Shown here in pieces: positions 18,701-26,500 of a DNA stretch of 64,000 nucleotides. This stretch comes from Patescibacteria group bacterium (lineage in GTDB: Bacteria > Patescibacteriota > Doudnabacteria > UBA920): the NCBI GenBank assembly GCA_013387205.1, contig WARV01000008.1, positions 136 through 64,135 on the forward strand, read 5' to 3'. The position numbers and the translations under genes were made by a program. Each line of letters begins with the position of its first letter. Position 1 is the first letter of the stretch. The notes below the pieces were generated by a model that saw only the letters and a list, made by a program, of their open reading frames with translations, was not told where the DNA came from and did not search any database.

Positions 18701-19853
18701 TGACAACGGGAATATCTTGAATGTTGCCACTGTTTCAGCCAGCAACGCGGCTTCGCAAAACGCCAGTGCGAATGTTTATGTCTCAACCAGCGTAATCCCA
18801 CCGATTATCCCTCCGAGCAATTATTACTACTACAATAACACCAGCAATAATTGCGTCAATAATTCCTGCAATACAACTACAACTACAACCAATACGTACA
18901 ACAATACCTATTATTACTACTCCAATCAAACCACTCCGGTTCCTTCCGCTGAATTTAGGCAATTAGGAATCAGGAAATTGGTCAGGAATATCAATGGCGG
19001 CACTTTCCAGGAAAGCATTACTGCCAATAACGGCGATATTGTGGAATACGAAGTTGTCGTGACCAACATTGGCAACCAGGTTGTGAATAATGTTAAGCTG
19101 ACTGACAGCAGCAACAACGGCGGTTTGTCTTGGACCAATTCCACTTATGTGGATGGCAGCCAGGCAACTTGGAATGGCAACGCTTTGTATTTGGGAAGCT
19201 TGTTCACTGGACAGCAAAAGCGCGTAGTTTATCAGGCCAGGGTGAATGGCGCTTCGGGCGCGAGCATCCAGAATATCGCAGTCGCTTCGGGAGACAATAC
19301 CAACTCTGTGCAGGATAGCGCTTGGGTATTCATTAGCGGCGTGGCCGGCAGTAATGTCAATTTGACTTACAGCAAGCGCGCGTTCAATGACACTAAGAAT
19401 GTCGATGCGACTACAATACCGGCTAATAGGGAAGAATATATCACTTACACTTTGACTGTTTTTAATAACGGTAACGCTCCTGCCAACAACTTTGTCATTT
19501 CCGATGATTTGTCCCAGGTCCTGCCTTACGCGGATTTGGCTGACAACGGCGGCGGTACGATTTCCGGAAACGTTATCAGCTTCCCGGGGATTACGGTTCC
19601 GCAGGGCGGCAGCGTGCAAAGGAGTTTCAAGGTCAGGATTAAATACCATTTGGCCGAGAACTTGAATTACGTGATGACCAACACTTACGGAAATACCGTA
19701 ACTATAAACATCAACACCCCGCAGGTTAAGGGAGCGTTCATTGCCCCAAGGACCGGCGCAGATACTATGGCTTTGGCCTTCGGCGGATTACTCACATCAG
19801 CCTTTGCGTTGATTAAAAAGAGAAAGTATTTAATGACTTTGATCTTTACCTAA
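15735..19853 (+). CDS. giant (1372 aa) secreted surface protein with DUF11-type repeats, N/T/Y-rich low-complexity segment and sorting-signal-like C-terminus
   Basis: Signal peptide. Repeated motifs such as EYRIKVSAATNVVLQNVKVTDTSN, KYQIVVSNVGNADATNVFVNDSN, EYEVVVTNIGNQVVNNVKLTDSSN (DUF11 / conserved repeat domain). C-terminus FIAPRTGADTMALAFGGLLTSAFALIKKRKY (motif + hydrophobic stretch + basic tail). Confidence 0.85.
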   Translation: MNQMFSKISIKTAFLAAFAVLALLALAPRKIDITQAESCSNPPTHPAFNVYQIDFSGSGCTDYPTMMARVLRNGQEIQGYQSVYNSGANAQAGDELDVVVYVHNGAAENLDPEQTTARGIYLNTTVDGTFEPEHTISVTVTSQNAATVNGAFGIHTASNEALQVIPNSGAVYERGNPNAIQSGLNIGDNSFSLGDMHACYQYLRFVHFRVKVVAKQVQPTANISAQVGSQVNGQCLLNGSVTWSSENVTNPRVYVKDVNDNFEQLLASAPNGTSDTPWLKPNDSYIFTFRGDNIQDKTANVTTGNLSCAVPPAGKNTITAQAGNQIGAQCLRDGTVSWTNASNVSIVEVTVQDITTSSPVNSITGPAGFPNSSSDTPWLTPGDTFRYILYDTTNGQHTELARYDLNVPTLNCVVTPPVSYTLTTNKTDYCVGDIPQYTITSSPALAGKKILWSSFFNGQPTGEINTDYGFYLDANGFWSAYGSGWYSKDIGSWVKEANIDGVKKSVSFTVRNCAAPVPTLTCTPENQTTDIGTIVFFTANGGTSPYTFTAPEGVNSFPNGSSGFHTTYFSAGDKVVTVKSTDGQTAICNVHVKTPPSQTLVCSPSSQTVNVNQSALFSATGGKGSYTWIANGGSPASGAGGSFSTQYASSGSKTVTVASSDGQTANCYVQVSPPIEQNLVCTTLTPSVDINQTANFSATGGNGSYSWSAVEGYPSSGVGNSFSSKFATSGSKTAVVTSGSKTATCYVQVSQPVVQKGVLQISKEVRNVTSGGDFSHTAFANQNDIVEYRIKVSAATNVVLQNVKVTDTSNSGIAYVDGTLTQDGAVHAPGLTSGGIIISQVGQTPVVFTYRAKVLINSGSVINTASASADNAINTPYDQAVVTVTFIQPGQPSMTITKQVMNVTKNTGFSSSVSATKGDTVKYQIVVSNVGNADATNVFVNDSNPIGNITGLTVSRSGFGGTFGASGISLGTLAKGESVTITYSGTVNIDNGNILNVATVSASNAASQNASANVYVSTSVIPPIIPPSNYYYYNNTSNNCVNNSCNTTTTTTNTYNNTYYYYSNQTTPVPSAEFRQLGIRKLVRNINGGTFQESITANNGDIVEYEVVVTNIGNQVVNNVKLTDSSNNGGLSWTNSTYVDGSQATWNGNALYLGSLFTGQQKRVVYQARVNGASGASIQNIAVASGDNTNSVQDSAWVFISGVAGSNVNLTYSKRAFNDTKNVDATTIPANREEYITYTLTVFNNGNAPANNFVISDDLSQVLPYADLADNGGGTISGNVISFPGITVPQGGSVQRSFKVRIKYHLAENLNYVMTNTYGNTVTININTPQVKGAFIAPRTGADTMALAFGGLLTSAFALIKKRKYLMTLIFT

Positions 19854-19904
19854 AATAGAATTTTGAATTCTGAATTTGGAATACAGAATTAAGAACAAAA
19901 AACA

Positions 19905-19936
19905 AAGGGCATTCCGATTTATCGGAATGCCCTTTT
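19905..19936 (+). terminator. intrinsic terminator after giant ORF
   Basis: aaagggcattccgatttatcggaatgcccttttat. Confidence 0.6.
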
Positions 19937-20237
19937 ATGGTATTTTAATCTCCCTTAATCCCTCCTTTGAATAGGAGGGAAACTCTGCAGATCTCTCCCG
20001 TGTCTTAGGAGAGGTTAGGTGAGGGTATTATAAGAAATTTAAACGGCTAAATCCTAGGAAATCTACGATTTTGCCGTTTATTTTTATGTGCATCTGGATC
20101 CCGGATAACCCATCGGATGCTCTTCGGGATTCCGGGATGGGACGGTGGTGTAAAAGATGGTCATTGACAATAATTACTATCTGAACTTTGACGTTCTTAA
20201 TGAATTATGAGAAAATTATTTATACCAACAAAATAAA

Positions 20238-20741
20238 ATGTATACAAAAGAAACAAATTTTGCATTCGTAGATAGCCAGAATCTAAACCTGGGGATTAAA
20301 AGCTTGGGGTGGGATTTAGATTTTAAAAAATTCAGAATATATTTACAAGAAAAATATCATGTAAAAGTGGCGTATCTATTTATCGGCTACATGCAGCAAA
20401 ACCAAGACTTGTATGCCCAGCTACAAAAGTATGGTTACGTGTTAATATTCAAACCCACCCTGCCTGACAAGGACGGTAAAATTAAAGGGAATGTAGATGC
20501 TGATTTGGTTTTGCAAGCAATGATAGATTTAAAAAATTACGACCAGGCGTTAATAGTTACTAGTGACGGAGATTTCTATTCGTTAGTTAAATATTTATAT
20601 GAACAGGAAAAATTAAAATTAGTAATAAGCCCTTATGTAAAGACCTGTTCCTCCTTGCTTAAGAAGTCCGCTAAAGAAAAGATTGTATTTATGGATAATC
20701 TGAAGGGAAAACTGGAATATAAAGGAAAAAGCACCGCTTAA
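20238..20741 (+). CDS. NYN (LabA-like, PIN-fold) domain protein
   Basis: FAFVDSQNLN ... GNVDADLVLQAMID ... IVTSDGDFYSLV, the acidic motif pattern of NYN/LabA nucleases. Confidence 0.75.
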   Translation: MYTKETNFAFVDSQNLNLGIKSLGWDLDFKKFRIYLQEKYHVKVAYLFIGYMQQNQDLYAQLQKYGYVLIFKPTLPDKDGKIKGNVDADLVLQAMIDLKNYDQALIVTSDGDFYSLVKYLYEQEKLKLVISPYVKTCSSLLKKSAKEKIVFMDNLKGKLEYKGKSTA

Positions 20742-20993
20742 GGACGAAACCTTAAGAGGTGCTTTTTCGTATGTATTCTACGTATATTATAGACGGTTTA
20801 TAGGTGTTTGTCAATACACAGAAAAAAGCTTGCATTATTTTTAATTGATGTTATTATAAAGTTAGAGAAAATTTTAGGCTTTAGACCTATCAAAAACCAA
20901 AACAAACCACAGCATAATATTCATATTGCTGTGGAATTTTTATAAATATTTAGTTTATTCCTAAATCTTATATCTTAAATCCTAAATTCAAAA

Positions 20994-22172
20994 ATGGACA
21001 ATAATTATCTCAATGATTTAATTAATGAAACGCAAAGCAGGGGAGGTGGGTTGCTTTTGAATTTTAACGAAAAGCCTGCAGTAGTAGTGCTGACAGTTGA
21101 AAAATATAACGAGTTGCTGCAAAAACCGGATGTGGTTTTTAAGCAGCAGATGGTTTTGGGAGACATGGCTGAACAGGTTTCTGAAAAAGGAAAAATTTTG
21201 GTGACCGGCGGGGCAGGGTATATTGGTTCACACCTTGTCAGGCAATTATTAGAGCACGGATACGAAGTAGTGATTTTGGATAACTTAAGCACCGGGAAAA
21301 AAGAGAATATTCCGGCAGGCGCGAGTTTTATTGAAGGAGATTTGAAAGATGTGAATTTGTTGCGCGATATTTTTGCCGCGCATCGCATTAGTGCGGTCGT
21401 CCACATGGCGGCCAGCATCGAGGTTGAAGAGTCTGTCAGGGAGCCGGAAAAATATTTTGAAAACAATGTGGGTAACACGGAAAAGCTGCTGGTCGCCATG
21501 AACGAGGCTGGCGTAAAAAAAATAATTTTTTCTTCCACCGCAGCAGTTTATGGGGAGCAGGAAAAAATGCCGATTACGGAAAATTCCCCGGCCAGGCCGA
21601 ATAATCCATACGGCTATACCAAACTTTTGGCGGAAAAAGCCATAAAGTATTACACGAAATACGCCGGGCTGAAAGCGATAATTTTCAGGTATTTCAATGC
21701 CTGTGGCTGTGATTTTGACGGGTCTATTATTCCAACACACGAATCGCATTTAATCCCAATAGTATTAGAAGTTGCCAAGGGCATAAGACCGCACCTGCAA
21801 GTGTATGGCGGCGATTATAAAACTTTTGACGGCACATGCATTAGGGACTACGTGCATGTCTTGGATATTGCCAAAGCGCACGTTGCTGCTTTGGAAAAAA
21901 TTGACGGAATGGATAATTTTAATATAATCAACATCGGCACAGGCCGCGGCAGCAGCGTTAAAGAAGTCATAAATGCGGCATCAGAAGTTTTAAATAAAAT
22001 TATTCCCATGGAAATCGGCGCGCGAAGGGCCGGTGATTCTGTAATCACGGTTGCGGATAATACAAAGCTAAAACAAATTCTCGGATACGAACTCAAGCAT
22101 AGTGACCTTGAAACCATTATTAAGACTTCCTGGAATCAGATTAGCAATAAAGTTTCAGCTGCCTTATCTTAA
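20994..22172 (+). CDS. galE: UDP-glucose 4-epimerase with ~65-aa N-terminal Phd/YefM-antitoxin-like extension
   Basis: GalE core KILVTGGAGYIGSHLV ... YGYTKLLAEK. N-terminus NFNEKPAVVVLTVEKYNELL resembles the Phd/YefM antitoxin fold motif. An internal Met (MAEQVSEKGKILVTGG) could give a standalone GalE. Confidence 0.8.
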   Translation: MDNNYLNDLINETQSRGGGLLLNFNEKPAVVVLTVEKYNELLQKPDVVFKQQMVLGDMAEQVSEKGKILVTGGAGYIGSHLVRQLLEHGYEVVILDNLSTGKKENIPAGASFIEGDLKDVNLLRDIFAAHRISAVVHMAASIEVEESVREPEKYFENNVGNTEKLLVAMNEAGVKKIIFSSTAAVYGEQEKMPITENSPARPNNPYGYTKLLAEKAIKYYTKYAGLKAIIFRYFNACGCDFDGSIIPTHESHLIPIVLEVAKGIRPHLQVYGGDYKTFDGTCIRDYVHVLDIAKAHVAALEKIDGMDNFNIINIGTGRGSSVKEVINAASEVLNKIIPMEIGARRAGDSVITVADNTKLKQILGYELKHSDLETIIKTSWNQISNKVSAALS

Positions 22173-22200
22173 GAAACCAAAATATAAAAGGAGGATGTTG

Positions 22201-22395
22201 ATGGGTAACACCAAAGAAGAAAGATGTAAGATTTTGTATATGGAAAACGGCAAGCCTCAGGAGTGCGGTGGAAAAATTGAGCCGGCAGATTTCAGGGTGC
22301 CGGCTAATCCCCATAACCCGCTTCATGGTGGCGTTTTGGGGAAGCCTTTTCTATACAGGTTTTGTACCAAATGCCATGTTTTAACGAGCGGCTAA
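22201..22395 (+). CDS. small Cys-rich (zinc-ribbon-like) hypothetical protein
   Basis: MGNTKEERCKILYMENGKPQECGG ... FCTKCHV, aaaggagga SD upstream. Track ORF 22102-22395 probably over-extended. Confidence 0.5.
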   Translation: MGNTKEERCKILYMENGKPQECGGKIEPADFRVPANPHNPLHGGVLGKPFLYRFCTKCHVLTSG

Positions 22396-22414
22396 AGATA
22401 TGCCGTAATAAATA

Positions 22415-22457
22415 CCGCCGCTTTCTCACTGTGAATGTGAGAAAGCGGCGTTTTTTT
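22415..22457. terminator. bidirectional intrinsic terminator
   Basis: ccgccgctttctcactgtgaatgtgagaaagcggcgttttttt between convergent genes. Confidence 0.7.
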
Positions 22458-22467
22458 GGTTCCCGAA

Positions 22468-23070
22468 TCAGTTGCTATATAGCAGTTGATGGCCTCTCGC
22501 AATCGTTTGCAGGTTTTCGGCTTCGCGGCACGCGCCGCCAAAGTTGTGGTGGGTTTTCACCTCCTGGATGACTTTGGTCGCTTTCCGGTAAATACTGGCC
22601 ATCAAGCAGAACCTCGTTGCCATGTCGCAGAAAGTGAGAACGTTCCTTCCAAAGCAGCAGTTGGAATAAATATCATAAATCATCCAACTGTACTTGTCGT
22701 TTCCGCCGTACGTAACCTTGCCGTCGGAAATTTTAATCTCACAAGCACTGTTGGTGATTCCACTGCGCACAGTGATGGTCACTTGCGAAATCATTTCACT
22801 TATAGGCAAGATATCGATCTTGTCATTGACCAAAGGCCTGTTCCAGCTTGTTAGCTGATCGAACGTTCCATAAATCTGGGATGGGCTTATAACCATCTCA
22901 GTTTCCAACTCTCTGGTCGGCAGGAGTTTTTTACCTAGGATTATGCCCTTTTGCTGGTTTGGGACAATGCGGAAGCGCAACTCACGGAACTGATCGAGTG
23001 TTTCCTGGTAAAACCGTTCCTCGAATTTCGGAGGAATTATCGGGTGCGTCAAAAGGCTCAGGTTAACCAT
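22468..23070 (-). CDS. hypothetical Cys-rich protein, compositionally foreign (high GC, SD present)
   Basis: Likely start ATG at 23070 (aagaggaaaggcaatATG on minus). Track ORF extends to 23325. GC visibly higher than surroundings, with both strands open. No family assigned. Confidence 0.55.
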   Translation of the reverse strand: MVNLSLLTHPIIPPKFEERFYQETLDQFRELRFRIVPNQQKGIILGKKLLPTRELETEMVISPSQIYGTFDQLTSWNRPLVNDKIDILPISEMISQVTITVRSGITNSACEIKISDGKVTYGGNDKYSWMIYDIYSNCCFGRNVLTFCDMATRFCLMASIYRKATKVIQEVKTHHNFGGACREAENLQTIARGHQLLYSN

Positions 23071-23295
23071 ATTGCCTTTCCTCTTTCTTGTTTTGCCGCT
23101 GTTAAGCGGAACGACAGAAATTTTTAGGACCTGTCGCACATCCCGTTTGAGTAGCAATATAATACCATTTATGTCTTTGTTAATCAATCCTGTGTTACAA
23201 AACAGCAAATTTGTCGTTATATTATATATAATGCGAAATAGGATCAAGTTGTCATTACGAGGAGCCCGCAGGGCGACGTGGTAATCTTTGTACCA

Positions 23296-23491
23296 TGATA
23301 AGATTGCTTCGGTCGGATGCCCCAAAGGGGCCTCTTTGAGGCACTCCCTCGCAATGACATTGCTTGTTTGCTGTCATTGCGAACCCTGATATTTTATAGC
23401 TTTTAAATATCATGGTGAAGCAATCTGTTTAAGAGATTCTTCGCTACGCTCAGAATGACGCCTGAGGAGTAGTGGATTCGCTCGCAATGAC
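23296..23491. repeat. family C elements: one 3' half-copy (23296-23358) plus one full copy (23374-23491)
   Basis: ctcgcaatgac at 23348-23358 and 23481-23491, gtcattgcga at 23374. Internal gaagcaatctgtt..aagagattcttcg hairpin as in the 51322 copy. Confidence 0.7.
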
Positions 23492-23658
23492 GATAAAAAT
23501 TCGCATTAAAACATCAATTATGATATAATAATGGAAACTAATTTACCCCGCACACCAATTTTCACCAGGTTTTGATATATATCAAGACTAATTATAATCG
23601 GTGAGTATTCAATACGCACGATATTAAATGGTAATTGGTGTGGGGTCAAGACAAAAAT

Positions 23659-24393
23659 ATGAAAAAATTATCCGTGGTTATTCCCGCCTATAACGAAGAG
23701 CAACGCATTGCCAAAACTTTGCTTGCCGTAGGCGAATATTTATCGAAACAAAATTACGATTACGAGATTTTGGTGGTTAATGATGGCTCAAAAGACAACA
23801 CCGCAGGAGTTGTCAGGGCGCAGATGGATAAAATAAAAAACCTGCATTTAATTGACCATCATGAAAATCATGGCAAAGGCTGGGTGACAAAAGACGGCAT
23901 GCTGCATGCAAACGGCGATGTACGCGTATTTTTGGATGCGGATAATTCCACCAAAATTGATGAAATTGGCAAAATGCTGCCATTTTTCGACCAGGGTTTT
24001 GATATTGTGGTCGGCTCCAGGCGCATAGAAGGTTCGCATTTAGATGTTAAGCAGAATTTTCTCAGGGATACTTTGGGCGGAATTTTCAGGCTGATTGTGC
24101 ATACCGTGGTACCAGTCGGCGTCACTGATACCCAATGCGGCTTTAAGGCTTTTTCCGCAAAATCAACCGAAGCCATTTTTCCCAAACAGACAATTTTCCG
24201 CTGGGCTTTTGACGTAGAGATTCTGGCTTTAGCCAGAAAGCAGGGTTTTAAAATAAAAGAAGCACCGGTTACTTGGGTTAACGACGGAGCCAGCCATGTT
24301 AAGCTCTCCGGAATGATTAAAATGCTTTTGGAAATAATACAGATCCGATTTAATTTGTGGTGCGGAAAATACAATAGTAATGACAAAAATTAA
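23659..24393 (+). CDS. GT2-family polyprenyl-phosphate glycosyltransferase (DPM-synthase/GtrB-like)
   Basis: KLSVVIPAYNEEQRIAKTL ... ILVVNDGSKDNT ... FLDADNS. Stop lies within a family D element. Confidence 0.85.
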   Translation: MKKLSVVIPAYNEEQRIAKTLLAVGEYLSKQNYDYEILVVNDGSKDNTAGVVRAQMDKIKNLHLIDHHENHGKGWVTKDGMLHANGDVRVFLDADNSTKIDEIGKMLPFFDQGFDIVVGSRRIEGSHLDVKQNFLRDTLGGIFRLIVHTVVPVGVTDTQCGFKAFSAKSTEAIFPKQTIFRWAFDVEILALARKQGFKIKEAPVTWVNDGASHVKLSGMIKMLLEIIQIRFNLWCGKYNSNDKN

Positions 24394-24470
24394 AAAAATG
24401 ACAAGATTGACATAAATAATCTGCAGTTAATATTTTGTCATTTCCGTCGTTTTTGTCATTTTTGTCAATA
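24380..24470. repeat. family D (TGACA-rich) palindromic element
   Basis: aatgacaaaaattaaaaaaatgacaagattgacataaataat ... ttttgtcatttccgtcgtttttgtcatttttgtcaat, near-identical to 36145-36233. Confidence 0.6.
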
Positions 24471-24478
24471 AAAATATA

Positions 24479-26344
24479 GTGGAAAAAGAAATAAGGAAAA
24501 AATCTAGACACAAATATCAGGCATTGCTGTCGATAGTATCGATTGGTTTTTTTGTCTTGTCTGTTTTTCCTTTAGCTGCATCGGCAAGTTCTCCGTCACC
24601 GAAAGATTATATAATCAAGTTGTCCTCAAATGCCAATCCAAAAGTGTTGGATTACGTGGCAGACAAAACACAGCGGCTTTTTGAGTTTTCGTATGATGAT
24701 AATTTTAAGAATATATACGCGCTAAAATCGCCTTTTGCCAAAAGCGAAATTGAAAAAGAATTAAATGGCCAGTTTGAATATCTGGAAGAAGAAAAGCCGT
24801 TGAACGTTGCGGATGTTTATGTCAACGATCCCGGATTTACATCCCGCGCAGAAGACACGGACAAGCAATGGGGACTTGCCAAAACCGGATTCAACCAGGT
24901 TTGGGAAAAAACAACGGGGTCGTATAACAACATTGTTGCGGTAATTGATACCGGCATAGACGAAACTCACGAAGATTTGCAGGCAATAAATTTTGTTGAA
25001 GGTTTTGATTTTGTCAGCCGCCAGAAAATAACCGGACGGGTCAATTCCGACAATAACGGGCATGGCACGCTGGTTGCCGGAGTTTTGGGCGCCACTGCCA
25101 ATAACGGGCTCGGCATAACCGGGACCAACTGGATGACAAGCTTGATGCCTCTTAAAGCTTTAGATGACCGCGGCAAGGGCGAATCGGCTTTGATTTCCGA
25201 AGCGATTGTCTGGGCAGTAGATAACGGCGCAAAATTCATAAATTTAAGCGTGGGCGGGGTCGGATTCGGGCACGATACGACATTGGCCAACGCAATTTCT
25301 TACGCGTTCGAAAAAGGCGCGGTAATCGTTTCCGCAGCCGGCAATGATACTTCGTCGCAAGGCATTAGCCTCGACGACGAGCCGGTTTACCCGATTTGCG
25401 ACGACAACAACCAGAATATGGTAATTGGCGTGACAGCTACTGACAGCAATGATTTAAAACCGGAATTCGCGAACTACGGGAAAAATTGCATAGACGTTGC
25501 CGCACCAGGAAAAAGGATCCTTTCTACCATCAATTACGACCCTTTAACCAAAAAGCCGGCGCCGAATTCATACGCATACGCTTCCGGAACTTCTTTGGCC
25601 GTGCCTTTCGTGGTCGGCCAGGCTGCTTTGATAAAATCTTTGCATCCGGAATTTACCAACGTGCAAATTCGGGACAAAATCCTCTCCACGGCCGACCCGA
25701 TAGATAATTTGAACATAAGCCAATGCAAGGGGGTGTCCTGTAAAGGAATGCTTGGCGCGGGCCGGATTAACGTCAAAAAAAGTTTGGAAAGCCAGACTGT
25801 GGCAATTGCGTTAAACGAGGGAGATTTAGTTAAAATGGATAGTAATAATGCCGTGTATCAGATTTCCGGCGGGCAAAAAAGGCTGGTATCGACTTTTGTC
25901 CTAAACCAGCAGTTTTCCAATGCCTATATTAAGCCTGTGACGCCAGACGCGCTGGCTAACATGCCGGATGGCCCTTATGTCACGCCAAAAGACGGCACGC
26001 TGGTGAAAATCGAGAATAACCCGACTGTTTTTTATATGTCCAAAGGACAAAAGCTTCCTATTACTTACAACGTATTCAAGCAAAGGCAGTTGAGTTTTTC
26101 GAATATTAACACGGTCAGCTTTTCAGAATTGAATTCATGGGTCACTGGATCTTTTTTGCCGCCTTCAGAAGGCACGCTGGTGAAAACTGCCAGGAATAAA
26201 ACAGTGTATTGGGTAGTGGGGGATGCGCTGCATGCGATTAATTATGCTTTTTACGTGCAAAAAGGTTTAAATATCTTTCCGGTATTGGTCTTGCCGGATA
26301 AAGACATAGCCGGATTTCCAAAAGGAGAAACGTATTTAAGATAA
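24479..26344 (+). CDS. subtilisin-like serine protease (S8) with N-terminal propeptide and C-terminal ~58-aa repeats
   Basis: Catalytic triad contexts VIDTGID, HGTLVAGV, GTSLAVP. C-terminal repeats (GTLVKIENNPTVFYMSKGQKLPI...) shared with the next gene. Confidence 0.9.
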   Translation: MEKEIRKKSRHKYQALLSIVSIGFFVLSVFPLAASASSPSPKDYIIKLSSNANPKVLDYVADKTQRLFEFSYDDNFKNIYALKSPFAKSEIEKELNGQFEYLEEEKPLNVADVYVNDPGFTSRAEDTDKQWGLAKTGFNQVWEKTTGSYNNIVAVIDTGIDETHEDLQAINFVEGFDFVSRQKITGRVNSDNNGHGTLVAGVLGATANNGLGITGTNWMTSLMPLKALDDRGKGESALISEAIVWAVDNGAKFINLSVGGVGFGHDTTLANAISYAFEKGAVIVSAAGNDTSSQGISLDDEPVYPICDDNNQNMVIGVTATDSNDLKPEFANYGKNCIDVAAPGKRILSTINYDPLTKKPAPNSYAYASGTSLAVPFVVGQAALIKSLHPEFTNVQIRDKILSTADPIDNLNISQCKGVSCKGMLGAGRINVKKSLESQTVAIALNEGDLVKMDSNNAVYQISGGQKRLVSTFVLNQQFSNAYIKPVTPDALANMPDGPYVTPKDGTLVKIENNPTVFYMSKGQKLPITYNVFKQRQLSFSNINTVSFSELNSWVTGSFLPPSEGTLVKTARNKTVYWVVGDALHAINYAFYVQKGLNIFPVLVLPDKDIAGFPKGETYLR

Positions 26345-26490
26345 ATTAACCTAATTATTCTAATTGCTCTAATTGACCCCGTGTCAGGCACGGGGCAGGC
26401 TCTAAATAAATCACAATACCCAAATCCAAAATTAAAAATTAGGTATTAGGATTTGATTAGACTAATTAGGTCAATTAGGTTAATTAGAAA
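26345..26490. repeat. family A palindromic element (contains ccccgtgtcaggcacgggg hairpin)
   Basis: aattaacctaattattctaattgctctaattgacc ... ttaggtcaattaggttaattagaaat. 3' module abuts the start codon of the next gene exactly as at 3005-3039. Confidence 0.7.
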
Positions 26491-26500
26491 TTTGCAGTCT

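Noticed and set aside
16062-19649. Long antisense ORFs (287, 228 aa and several smaller) inside the giant surface-protein gene
   Set aside because: They lie fully inside a well-supported 1372-aa CDS. Repeat-rich sequence yields open antisense frames.
22102-22200. N-terminal 33 codons of track ORF 22102-22395
   Set aside because: They overlap the 3' end of galE. A strong SD and ATG at 22201 indicate the shorter 64-aa form.
23071-23325. Upstream extension of minus ORF 22468-23325
   Set aside because: Internal ATG at 23070 with aagaggaaagg SD is a better start. The extension runs into repeat DNA.
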